From: a virus
Taxonomy: Duplodnaviria; Caudoviricetes
DNA: 40,022 nucleotides
Strand: one strand, 5' to 3'
IMG/VR virus record: IMGVR_UViG_3300027769_000060
Location: 1 to 40,022 of that record
Part shown: one piece after another, positions 8,023-16,828 of the stretch
Position numbering within the stretch: the first letter of the stretch is position 1
Layout of the letters: every line of letters starts with the position of its first letter
The notes under the pieces: generated by a model
The model's input: the letters and a program-made list of their open reading frames with translations, nothing else
The model's database searches: none
Told to the model about the DNA's origin: nothing
Made by a program: the position numbers and the translations under genes

Positions 8023-8900
8023 GTGAAGCAGCCCCCGCAATAGGCGGACAAGGCGTTATGACAGACGCCTCTCCTACGGTTTCTCCCGTTACTGGAAACG
8101 GCGCATTTACTGAACAAAACAATGGAACCCCTGGCCAAGTTTCTTCCGGCTATGAGTGGTTGCAAGGCGCAGATGAATTAAGCGTTGGCTTTGCGCAGAA
8201 TAAAGGGTGGGATAGCCCAATTAAAGCGCTGGATAGCTACCGCAATCTCGAAAAGCTGTTAGGCGCGGATAAAGCCAATAACGCTGTCATCCTTCCCAAA
8301 TCGGCGGAAGACGCGGCGAGTTGGAACGCGCTGTATGATCGCCTTGGCCGTCCAAGCGATCCGAACGGCTATGGATTTAAGTCTGAAACAGGCGATCAGA
8401 CTTTCGACAGCGCTTTGTCCTCAAAATTTCACGAACTTGGCCTGTCTAAAGAGCAAGGACAGAAGTTTGGCCAATGGCTAAATGAGTCCATGGCGCAGGG
8501 GCAACAAGTCGAAGCTGCAAAACAAGCTCAAGTTTTTGCTCAAGATCAAGCGTTGTTACAGCAAGAATGGGGCGCGGCCTACACTCAGAACTTAGCTGCG
8601 GCGCAAGTAGCCGCGCGCGCTTTAGGCATGGACGGCGATACGATTGATAAGATCGCTGGCGCGATTGGTCATAAGGCAACAATGGCGATGCTTTCCAGAA
8701 TAGGCTCTGGATATGAAGAGGATGGATTTGTTACGGGTGACGCTCCGTCCGGTTTTGGCAATGCTATGACTCCAGGCCAAGCTAAATCAGAAATTCAATC
8801 ATTGATGAGTGATAGTGATTTTATGAAAGCCTATCTTGGAGGGAATACGGATGCCCGTAACAAGATGCAGCGCCTTCATCAATTCGCTTATCCAGAGTAA
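8019..8900 (+). CDS. Capsid scaffolding/assembly protein
   Basis: SYRNLEKLLG, YDRLGRPS..Y, LQQEWG motifs; upstream of MCP. Confidence 0.85.
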   Translation: MSEAAPAIGGQGVMTDASPTVSPVTGNGAFTEQNNGTPGQVSSGYEWLQGADELSVGFAQNKGWDSPIKALDSYRNLEKLLGADKANNAVILPKSAEDAASWNALYDRLGRPSDPNGYGFKSETGDQTFDSALSSKFHELGLSKEQGQKFGQWLNESMAQGQQVEAAKQAQVFAQDQALLQQEWGAAYTQNLAAAQVAARALGMDGDTIDKIAGAIGHKATMAMLSRIGSGYEEDGFVTGDAPSGFGNAMTPGQAKSEIQSLMSDSDFMKAYLGGNTDARNKMQRLHQFAYPE

Positions 8901-8906
8901 CAATCA

Positions 8907-9119
8907 ATGAATGAAGTCGAAGCAAAAGTTCGATGTCTCGAACTCGCCTCACAATGTAACAAGGCGACAGGAGATCATTCTGCGGAAGGCGTTGTGAAAG
9001 TCGCAACAGTGTTGTATGCTTTCATATCACCTCCGCCTTTTGAACCTGTTCAAGAGGAAGTAACGGACAAGCCAAAGCGAGGAAAACCAGCTTCGAAAGG
9101 GTTGGACATCTTAAGCTAA
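8907..9119 (+). CDS. Hypothetical protein (70 aa)
   Basis: In-operon ORF with RCLELA motif and basic tail. Confidence 0.65.
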   Translation: MNEVEAKVRCLELASQCNKATGDHSAEGVVKVATVLYAFISPPPFEPVQEEVTDKPKRGKPASKGLDILS

Positions 9120-9142
9120 AGCCCCGTGAAAGGCGGTGAATA

Positions 9143-9221
9143 GGCCCCTCCTATGAGGACAAGCCGAAGCGTGTCGCGGCTTACTGTGACGTTCTTCGAA
9201 ACTGTCTCATAGGAGAGAGTC
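9143..9221 (+). promoter_or_regulatory. Structured 5' leader of capsid gene pairing with its Shine-Dalgarno
   Basis: CTCCTATGAG (9148-9157) is the exact reverse complement of CTCATAGGAG (9206-9215, contains AGGAG); inner AAGCCG/CGGCTT helix. Confidence 0.6.
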
Positions 9222-10178
9222 ATGTCAGTTCAAGTTAATACTGCTTTCGTCCAGCAGTATTCTACAAACATAATGATGCTGCTTCAGCAGCAGGGTTCCC
9301 GTCTTCGTAACGCTGTCCAGAACTATAGTTTCCAGGGCAAAGCGGCTTCGATGGCGGAGCAGTTTGGTTCAGTTACGCCTGTTCGTAACCAGAGCCGCCA
9401 CAGCGACACCCCACTCATTTCAACCCCACAAGATAAGCGTTGGATCTATCCAAACGATTATGATTGGGCTGATCTGATCGACAACCAGGATCGTCTGCGC
9501 ATGCTGATTGATCCATCGGGTCCTTACACTCAGGCGGGTGTTATGGCCATGGGTCGCGCTATCGACGACGAAATCCTTTCGGGTTTCTTCAACGCGAACA
9601 ACACAGGCGAGAACGGAACGGTTTCGACCTCCACGCTCTATGCCTATAACAGCAACTCACAGTCTGTTGCCGCCACGACTGGCGCTTCATCTGCCACTGG
9701 CCTTAACGTCGCTAAACTTCGCGCCGCTAAGAAAATCCTGTTGCAGGCTGAAGTCGATGTGGACAATGACGAACTTTATATGGTCATTTCCGCAAAGCAG
9801 CATGACGACTTGCTGAACGAAGCTCAAGCAATCAATCTCGACTACAACACACGTCCTGTTTTAGTCGATGGTAAGATTTCTTCCTTCATGGGCTTCAACT
9901 TCATCCACAGCGAACGCATCCCTGGCGCCGCCAACTGGAACTCGTCAATCAATACGGCAATCACGTCTTCGGACGCTGACGGTTCGTATGTTGCGAATAC
10001 ACGTTGGATGGTTCCGTTCTGGGCAAAGAGCGGCATGGCTCTTGGCCTGTGGAACGACATCCAGGCGAGCGTTGATCGCCGCGCTGACAAGCGTAATTCT
10101 TGGCAGGTTTACGTTACCGGAACGTTCGGTGGCGCGCGCCTCGAAGAAAAACGCTGCGGCCTGATTAACTGCAAATAA
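9222..10178 (+). CDS. Major capsid protein
   Basis: FVQQYSTNIMMLLQQQGSRLR, AMGRAIDDEI, FMGFNFI, GGARLEE motifs typical of Bbp17-like capsids. Confidence 0.93.
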   Translation: MSVQVNTAFVQQYSTNIMMLLQQQGSRLRNAVQNYSFQGKAASMAEQFGSVTPVRNQSRHSDTPLISTPQDKRWIYPNDYDWADLIDNQDRLRMLIDPSGPYTQAGVMAMGRAIDDEILSGFFNANNTGENGTVSTSTLYAYNSNSQSVAATTGASSATGLNVAKLRAAKKILLQAEVDVDNDELYMVISAKQHDDLLNEAQAINLDYNTRPVLVDGKISSFMGFNFIHSERIPGAANWNSSINTAITSSDADGSYVANTRWMVPFWAKSGMALGLWNDIQASVDRRADKRNSWQVYVTGTFGGARLEEKRCGLINCK

Positions 10179-10191
10179 GGGATAGCGAACC

Positions 10192-10641
10192 ATGGCTCAG
10201 TATCTTTCTAACGAACTAGCTGGCACTACGACTGGCTTAACAACGGCTGCTGCAACTGGCTACAAGCCTGCTGCAACAGTTTACGCTGGCCGTCTAAAGC
10301 GTTTTCGCGCCACGGTGACATATGCTGCTCAGACAACGAGTGACACGATTGTTCTTGCCAACGTTCCGGCGGGTTTCACGTTCGCTTACGGTGTTCTGAA
10401 CGCTGACACGTCATCTGGTTCGACAACGTTAGCGATTGGTATCACTGGCACCACGGCAAAGTATAGAGCCGCAAGCGCTTTCACCTCAACCGACACGCCG
10501 ACATTGTTTGGTAAAGCGGCTGTGGTTGGCGCGGCATCTGAACTTTCCTCAACTGAAACGATCATCTTAACCTTGGCTGCTGCTACGGCTCCTTCGAGCG
10601 GCACCTTGATTGTTGATCTGTATTTCAGCAGTCCAAACTGA
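10192..10641 (+). CDS. Putative capsid decoration/cement protein
   Basis: Thr/Ala-rich beta protein directly after MCP. Confidence 0.65.
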   Translation: MAQYLSNELAGTTTGLTTAAATGYKPAATVYAGRLKRFRATVTYAAQTTSDTIVLANVPAGFTFAYGVLNADTSSGSTTLAIGITGTTAKYRAASAFTSTDTPTLFGKAAVVGAASELSSTETIILTLAAATAPSSGTLIVDLYFSSPN

Positions 10642-10647
10642 TCCTCT

Positions 10648-10673
10648 TAGGGGCTGATTAACTTCAGCCCCTA
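10648..10673 (+). terminator. Hairpin after capsid/decoration genes (weak terminator or stability stem)
   Basis: TAGGGGCTGA-ttaact-TCAGCCCCTA 10-bp stem; no U tract. Confidence 0.5.
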
Positions 10674-10696
10674 CTCCCACTTAAAGGAGACGGCCC

Positions 10697-10885
10697 ATGG
10701 CGGCTTATTATTTCGGAATCAACAACGGCGACAATGAATACGCCTCTGTTGGTCAGTCAACCGATCCAACTAAAGATGTTGAGATAGTTATTCCTGATGT
10801 AACGAAGATTCCAAGCGTAGAGGAACTTTTGCTGGCGATTGAGAAGTTGGAAAACTTTATTATTCGATCTGGCAAGGCTTGGTAA
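10697..10885 (+). CDS. Hypothetical protein (62 aa)
   Basis: Strong AAGGAG RBS; within the structural operon. Confidence 0.75.
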   Translation: MAAYYFGINNGDNEYASVGQSTDPTKDVEIVIPDVTKIPSVEELLLAIEKLENFIIRSGKAW

Positions 10886-10897
10886 GGAGAAACTACC

Positions 10898-11212
10898 ATG
10901 ACTGTTCGTCGCGCTGACGACAATAGATACGTTCTTGCTGAAAATGTTAGCGCCTCTGGCAGCGCAGTTTCAATAAAGGGCGGTCAATACGTTTTTCAAG
11001 TTGAAGGAACGGCAGGCGGAACAACTGCAAGTATTCAGTTGAAAACCGCAAACGGCACTTGGTCTGATATTACGTCTTACGGCGTTATTACCAAATCAAC
11101 AACACTTCCGTTCGTTGCTTCTCCACTGGAACTTCCCGCTGGCGATGTTCGAGTCGCTCTTACGGGCGGATCAGCTAGTGCAATTTATGCTTATCTGGTG
11201 GGTCTTGGTTAA
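10898..11212 (+). CDS. Hypothetical beta-rich virion-associated protein
   Basis: AAGGAG RBS; stop overlaps the start of tail tubular A. Confidence 0.75.
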   Translation: MTVRRADDNRYVLAENVSASGSAVSIKGGQYVFQVEGTAGGTTASIQLKTANGTWSDITSYGVITKSTTLPFVASPLELPAGDVRVALTGGSASAIYAYLVGLG

Positions 11213-11775
11213 TGCCGCAAACACAGGTAGATATATGTAATAGTGCACTTCAACGTGTGGGCGCTGCGCCAATCCTTCGGATTGACGACAACAGCCCCGA
11301 AGCGCGAGCGTGTTCTATTGCTTATGATAACAATAGACGCGATGAGTTAAGAAAATATCGCTGGAATTTTGCTATTACGCGCGCCGTTTTAGCGCCAGAT
11401 TCGACCGCTCCCGCGTTTGATTATGATTATCAATTTACCCTTCCAACAAATTGTGTTCGCGTCTTGCGACCAAATACGGCGAATTTGGATTGGGTAATTG
11501 AGGGTCGCAAGATTCTAACGAACGATAGTGACGTTCTTAACTTGCGATACATACAGGACGTTGAAGATGTTACCCAGTTTGACCCTTCTTTTTATAACGT
11601 GGTTGCTGCTGCGCTGGCTATAGATATTGTTGAGCGCCTCACACAGTCAAATACAAAAAAGAGACAACTAGAGGACGAATATAACAATTCAATCACGCAG
11701 GCGAAACGGGTTAACGCCTTCGAGGCGGGACCAGAGGTTGCGCCTGATGATGATTGGTGGCTTGCGAGGTTGTAA
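11212..11775 (+). CDS. Tail tubular protein A (adaptor)
   Basis: ICNSALQRVG, WNFA, FDPSF motifs. Confidence 0.88.
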   Translation: MPQTQVDICNSALQRVGAAPILRIDDNSPEARACSIAYDNNRRDELRKYRWNFAITRAVLAPDSTAPAFDYDYQFTLPTNCVRVLRPNTANLDWVIEGRKILTNDSDVLNLRYIQDVEDVTQFDPSFYNVVAAALAIDIVERLTQSNTKKRQLEDEYNNSITQAKRVNAFEAGPEVAPDDDWWLARL

Positions 11776-13833
11776 ATGCCTCGCGCCTCATGGACACAAA
11801 ATAACTTTAACGCAGGAGAATGGTCCCCTCTAACCTATGGTCGAGCGGACCTTCAAAAATATAAAAATTCTCTGGCGTTATGTAAGAATTATATTCCTAC
11901 CGCCCAGGGCGGACTTACGCGCCGTCCAGGCACTAAGTATGTCGCAGAAGTTAAAAGTAGTTCTGCCAAAGTTAGATTACAGGCTTTTGAATTTTCAATT
12001 ACGCAAGCCTATGTCCTTGAATTTGGCAATCAATACGTTCGGTTTTATACAAATGGAGGTCAGCTATTAAGCGGCGGGTCGCCTTATGAGGTGGCTACTC
12101 CCTACACTACTGCTGATTTAGATGGACTGTCGTTTGTCCAGTCTGCCGACGTTTTATATATTGCGCATCCAAGTTATGCGCCAAGAACTCTTAGTCGGTT
12201 GGGCGCAACAAGCTGGTCGCTTGCAACAATTACGTTTCAAGACGGGCCTTATCTTCTTTTAAATACTGCTGCAACAACCTTAACCTCAAGCGCTACAACT
12301 GGCAGCGCTACAGTTACGGCGTCTGCCGTTACTGGCATTAATAATGACACAGGCTTTCAGACCACAGATGTCGGGCGCGTCATCAGATTAAAAGTTGGAA
12401 CGAATTGGGCTTGGGGAACCATAACGGCTCGCGCAAGCACAACGTCGATCACGGTAAATTGGTCAACCACGGTTGGCGGAACGACAGCTTCTAACTTGTG
12501 GCGCCTTGGAACATGGAACTCAGCAAATGGCTATCCTGCGGCTATCTGCTTTCATCAAGATCGGTTATGGTTAGGCGGTCCGGCGCAATATCCTAACCGC
12601 GTGGACGCTTCTGTTTCTGGCGATTACACAAATTTTGCGCCAACAGACGCCGCCGGAACCGTCGCAGATAGTAACGCGCTTTCGTTTAACTTGGCCTCCG
12701 CCAAGATGAACACGATTAACTGGATGGTGTCCGACGAATGGGGCTTATTAGTTGGAACAGCATCAAACGAATGGGTTGTCGCGGCTAACACCATTCAGGT
12801 TGCTTTGACGCCTACAAACATCAACGCCAAGCAAGTAACGAGCTACGGAAGCAATACCGTTAAGCCTATTCGTATGGGTAAATCTACTTTGTTCTTACAA
12901 AGAACGGGTAGAAAGCTCCGCGAAATGTCTTATCAATTCGTGGTCAATACTTTCCAAGCGCCTGACATTTCTATGTTGTCCGAACATTTGACTGCAAGCG
13001 GCATATATCAGCTTGCGGCGCAGCTTGCCCCTCAACCCGTTCTATGGATGGTGCGAAATGATGGCACTCTTGTTAGCATGTCTTATGATAAAGACCAGGA
13101 AATTTCTGGTTGGGCGCAACATGATTTGGGCGGCTATTCCAATTCCGCGCAAACATTAACAGCAGTTGTTGAGAGTGTAGCTGTTATTCCATCTCAAGAC
13201 GTTACCCGTGATGATTTATGGCTCTCTGTTAGGCGATATATTAACGGAGCAACATTTCGCTCTGTTGAGTTGATGCAAAAATATTGGGAAGACGGCGATC
13301 AACAAATCCACGCATTTTATGCAGACTGCGGCGCAACTTATGACGGCGTATCTACCGCAACAATTTCTGGCCTGACGTGGCTTAAAGGACAAACTGTCAC
13401 TGTTCTAGCAGACGGCGCTGTTCATCCAGATTGCGTTGTAAATAGCTCCGGTGTGATCACGCTCGATAGATCAGTGACCCATGCAAATGTTGGATTAAAA
13501 TATACAAGCGAAGCGCAAACCATGCGTATTGAAGCTGGCGGCGGAGACGGCTCTGCGCAGGGTAAACTGAAACGCATTCATCGCGCCGTATTTAGAATGT
13601 TTCAGACTGTTGGCATGACAGTTAAAGCCGGGACGCAAGACGGCTACCCAGAACCGTTTCGCTCAAGCGCCGATCTAATGGACAATCCTGTTGCGCTTTA
13701 TACTGGTGACAGGCGTTGGGCTTGGGACGGCACTTATGATTTGGAAGGACAGGTTTATTTCGCTCAGACCGATCCTTTGCCAAGTAATATTTTGATGGTT
13801 GTTGCACAACTTGATACGCAGGATGGCGGCTAA
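11776..13833 (+). CDS. Tail tubular protein B (nozzle)
   Basis: NFNAGEWSP..GGLTRRPGT, VQSADVLYIAH, FHQDRLW motifs. Confidence 0.9.
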   Translation: MPRASWTQNNFNAGEWSPLTYGRADLQKYKNSLALCKNYIPTAQGGLTRRPGTKYVAEVKSSSAKVRLQAFEFSITQAYVLEFGNQYVRFYTNGGQLLSGGSPYEVATPYTTADLDGLSFVQSADVLYIAHPSYAPRTLSRLGATSWSLATITFQDGPYLLLNTAATTLTSSATTGSATVTASAVTGINNDTGFQTTDVGRVIRLKVGTNWAWGTITARASTTSITVNWSTTVGGTTASNLWRLGTWNSANGYPAAICFHQDRLWLGGPAQYPNRVDASVSGDYTNFAPTDAAGTVADSNALSFNLASAKMNTINWMVSDEWGLLVGTASNEWVVAANTIQVALTPTNINAKQVTSYGSNTVKPIRMGKSTLFLQRTGRKLREMSYQFVVNTFQAPDISMLSEHLTASGIYQLAAQLAPQPVLWMVRNDGTLVSMSYDKDQEISGWAQHDLGGYSNSAQTLTAVVESVAVIPSQDVTRDDLWLSVRRYINGATFRSVELMQKYWEDGDQQIHAFYADCGATYDGVSTATISGLTWLKGQTVTVLADGAVHPDCVVNSSGVITLDRSVTHANVGLKYTSEAQTMRIEAGGGDGSAQGKLKRIHRAVFRMFQTVGMTVKAGTQDGYPEPFRSSADLMDNPVALYTGDRRWAWDGTYDLEGQVYFAQTDPLPSNILMVVAQLDTQDGG

Positions 13834-14597
13834 TGGACCCGATTTCGATTAGCGCCCTCATAGCTGGAGCAAGCAGTCTGTTTAGCGGCGGCGCTGCCGC
13901 GGGTGGCGCGGCGGCTGCTGGCGGCGCGTTTAGCGGAGGAATGTTTTCCTCTCTTGCTACTATGGGGAGTGTTGCTGGCGCAGTAGGCTCTACAAGTTCA
14001 ATTCTTAAAATGGGCGCAACTGCTGCATCGCTTGCTTCTCAAATGGGCGGCATTTTTCAAACTCAAGCGTCCAAAAATACGATTAATAGCGCCGCATCTT
14101 GGGAAAAGGCCGGTATCATTCAGCAAAACGAGGCTGTTGCAAAGGCTTCTGAATATAATGCAACTATTGCGCTGCGAAATGCTGAGATTGCACGTTATCA
14201 AGGTGAAGTGGCCGCAGAGGATCAAGCTAAACTTGCTTATAGAACCTTGGGCGCAGCGCGCGCGGGATACGGCGCTTCTGGCATTACATCAAATAGCGGC
14301 TCTGCTGTAGATGTTCTTGCTGAAAGCGCGGCTAATATTGCGCGTGATCGTAACATGATCAAATTTAGCACTGATCTTAAGATTCAGAACTTTAAAGATC
14401 AGGCAGCGCTAGACAGTATGAGCGCTCAAAACGCTAGAACATCGTCTCTGTTCGGCATTTCTGCTGCCAATAATCGTCAGACTGCGGCGTTGATGAATGC
14501 TGATTCAAGAACCCTTGAACAAGTTGGAACGACTGCAACAACGATAGCTAATTCTATTCCGATCTATCAATCCGCTTACAACAATTTGGTGTCGTAA
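13833..14597 (+). CDS. Internal virion (ejection) protein, small
   Basis: Gly/Ala hydrophobic N-terminus; ARAGYGASG..SGSAVDVL motif; follows the nozzle gene. Confidence 0.75.
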   Translation: MDPISISALIAGASSLFSGGAAAGGAAAAGGAFSGGMFSSLATMGSVAGAVGSTSSILKMGATAASLASQMGGIFQTQASKNTINSAASWEKAGIIQQNEAVAKASEYNATIALRNAEIARYQGEVAAEDQAKLAYRTLGAARAGYGASGITSNSGSAVDVLAESAANIARDRNMIKFSTDLKIQNFKDQAALDSMSAQNARTSSLFGISAANNRQTAALMNADSRTLEQVGTTATTIANSIPIYQSAYNNLVS

Positions 14598-16828
14598 TGC
14601 CCATTCGTGAATATTCTCCACAAGTAGGGCCTAGCGGACAGCTAACCTCTCGCGCTGATGCTGGCGATTTTGGCGCAGGTATTGGCGCGGCAATGAAAGA
14701 CGTTGCCAGATCAGAGTTTGAACAAGCCGACGCTCAACAGACCCGTGGCCGCGCAATGACGCAGTTCGGGCTAAACATGGCTTCAGTCGCAAATGCCATT
14801 TATAAAACTGAAGAACAAGATGATGTGACCTCCGTTCACACAACCATGGCCGAAGCTCGCGCCCGTGGGTATGAGCGCGTTAAACAAATGGCTAATGAGA
14901 CGCAGCCAGGGGATCAAACCTTTGTGCAGCGCGTTGGCGATTCATTTGCTGAAGAATTTAAAAATCTTAGTAGCAACGTCAAAACACAAGCTGGTCAAAA
15001 GCTGTTTGCCTCTGAAGCGTCAAATATGCGCTCTCAGTTCATGGCTGAAGCGGTTGGCATTCAATCTAGCCTAGACGGCAAGTTTGCAACTAATCAGTAT
15101 GGTACGCTTAAAAACAGTTACGGCACGATTGTTTCACAAGACAACACACGTCTTGATGAATCTCTTGAGAAGATAAATCAAGCGATTGACGATAAAGGTT
15201 CGATCTTCTCTCGCGTTGATCAAAGCGTTCGAGACAAGCTGAAGGCGCAAGCGGCTGAAGATATGACAGTCTTTGCTGCCAGAGGCTTTGTCCGCCGCCA
15301 CCCTGGCGTAGCTACCGAAAGTCTGCCGGAAAACCTACGAAATAGTCTGCGCAATCAGACTGTAAATCCCCCTACCCCTGGCCTTCCGCCAAATCTGGGC
15401 GCAGAAACAGTAAAACCATACAATCAATCTCAGATGACTTACATATCAAACAAGATTGATGCTCCTTCAATTTATGATGATCGTTTTAAAGCCGCGGCTA
15501 ATCGTTACGGCTTGGACTGGCGCGAACTTAAAATGCGCTCTGTTGCTGAGTCTGGATTGAACCCGTCAGCAGAGAGTAGCCAAGGCGCTGGCGGCATTAT
15601 GCAATTCACAGAGGAAAAAGCTGCTGAATTAGGGATCAACAGAAACGATCCAACTGACTCGATCTTTGGCGCTGCGCGTTTGCTGGCTAAATATAAAGCT
15701 GCTGCGGGCGGCGACATGGGCAAAGTGGACATGATGTATTACGGCGGTGAAAGTGGCAAAGGATGGGGGCCAAACACTAAACAGTATGCGGCTAATCTGG
15801 CGGCTGTTCGTCAAATATCAGGTTTGGGCGGAACGCAGACGCCAGAAAGTTTTGCCAATACCGGCCCCGGCACAGCAGGCGGCGATGAGGCTTGGAAAAA
15901 GGTTAAGACTGGTATTGAAGTTTTGGATCGACTTCCGCCAGATAAATTGTTTTCTGTATTACAGGAAGCCGATCACTATGACACAGCCTATCGGGCTGAA
16001 CAGGATCGTTCTCGCGTTGAACAAAACCGTCTAAAATCTGAATCTCAAGACGCCCGCGCCAATGGCGTTATGGAGCGAATTGTTAGCCCCAACGATAAAA
16101 ACGGCGGGGTTATATCTGAATCTCAGATCATGGAAATACCTGACCTGAGTTGGGAAAAGCGTCATAGTCTAATTCAATTCAAATCCGCTTATGAAAAAGA
16201 GCAAAGCCGGGAAATAAAATCTCATCCTGCGGCTTTTAATGCTTTCATTGACCGCATTTATGCGCCCGAAAATGATCCAAACAAGATTTATGGCACTGAA
16301 GACATTATTAAGGCGTTCAACAATCGTGAAATCTCCTATCCAGAGTTTCGTCAGCTTCAAAACGAAATAACTGAATTGAAATCTGGTAGCACAAACGGTT
16401 TTCGCAAGGATTACAATTCTGCCCTAGAAACCGTGAACATGATGTTTAGCCGCAGCATACAAGGTCAGATTGACCCCGCTTCCTCTGCTTCGGCTGCTTA
16501 TCAGTTTCGCCAATATGCAGAGCGTGAAATTTCCAAAGCGCGCCAAGACAAACGTGATCCATATGAATTGCTGAATCCAAAATCGCCTGACTTCCTGATG
16601 TCGCCTGACAAGCTGCGCCAATTCATGCCGAATATGCAGCAGACCTCACAAAACGCTGCGACGATGAAAGTTCAGCAAGTGGCACAAAACGAAAGCCGCG
16701 CGGCTGAAGGCGGGAAAAAGATTGGTAGTTCTTATCCATTTAGCGACGGCAAAAGCCGCATCTATTTGGGCGGTCCGCTTAACTCTCCAACTAGCTGGCA
16801 AGATATTGACCCAACGAGTGACAAATGA
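14597..16828 (+). CDS. Internal virion protein with lytic transglycosylase (SLT) domain
   Basis: AESGLNPSAES (catalytic Glu) and GAGGIMQF motifs at about 15540-15610. Confidence 0.85.
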   Translation: MPIREYSPQVGPSGQLTSRADAGDFGAGIGAAMKDVARSEFEQADAQQTRGRAMTQFGLNMASVANAIYKTEEQDDVTSVHTTMAEARARGYERVKQMANETQPGDQTFVQRVGDSFAEEFKNLSSNVKTQAGQKLFASEASNMRSQFMAEAVGIQSSLDGKFATNQYGTLKNSYGTIVSQDNTRLDESLEKINQAIDDKGSIFSRVDQSVRDKLKAQAAEDMTVFAARGFVRRHPGVATESLPENLRNSLRNQTVNPPTPGLPPNLGAETVKPYNQSQMTYISNKIDAPSIYDDRFKAAANRYGLDWRELKMRSVAESGLNPSAESSQGAGGIMQFTEEKAAELGINRNDPTDSIFGAARLLAKYKAAAGGDMGKVDMMYYGGESGKGWGPNTKQYAANLAAVRQISGLGGTQTPESFANTGPGTAGGDEAWKKVKTGIEVLDRLPPDKLFSVLQEADHYDTAYRAEQDRSRVEQNRLKSESQDARANGVMERIVSPNDKNGGVISESQIMEIPDLSWEKRHSLIQFKSAYEKEQSREIKSHPAAFNAFIDRIYAPENDPNKIYGTEDIIKAFNNREISYPEFRQLQNEITELKSGSTNGFRKDYNSALETVNMMFSRSIQGQIDPASSASAAYQFRQYAEREISKARQDKRDPYELLNPKSPDFLMSPDKLRQFMPNMQQTSQNAATMKVQQVAQNESRAAEGGKKIGSSYPFSDGKSRIYLGGPLNSPTSWQDIDPTSDK

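Noticed and set aside
10160-10195. T7-style capsid frameshift fusing MCP to the next gene
   Set aside because: No slippery heptamer near the MCP stop, and the next gene has its own RBS and ATG
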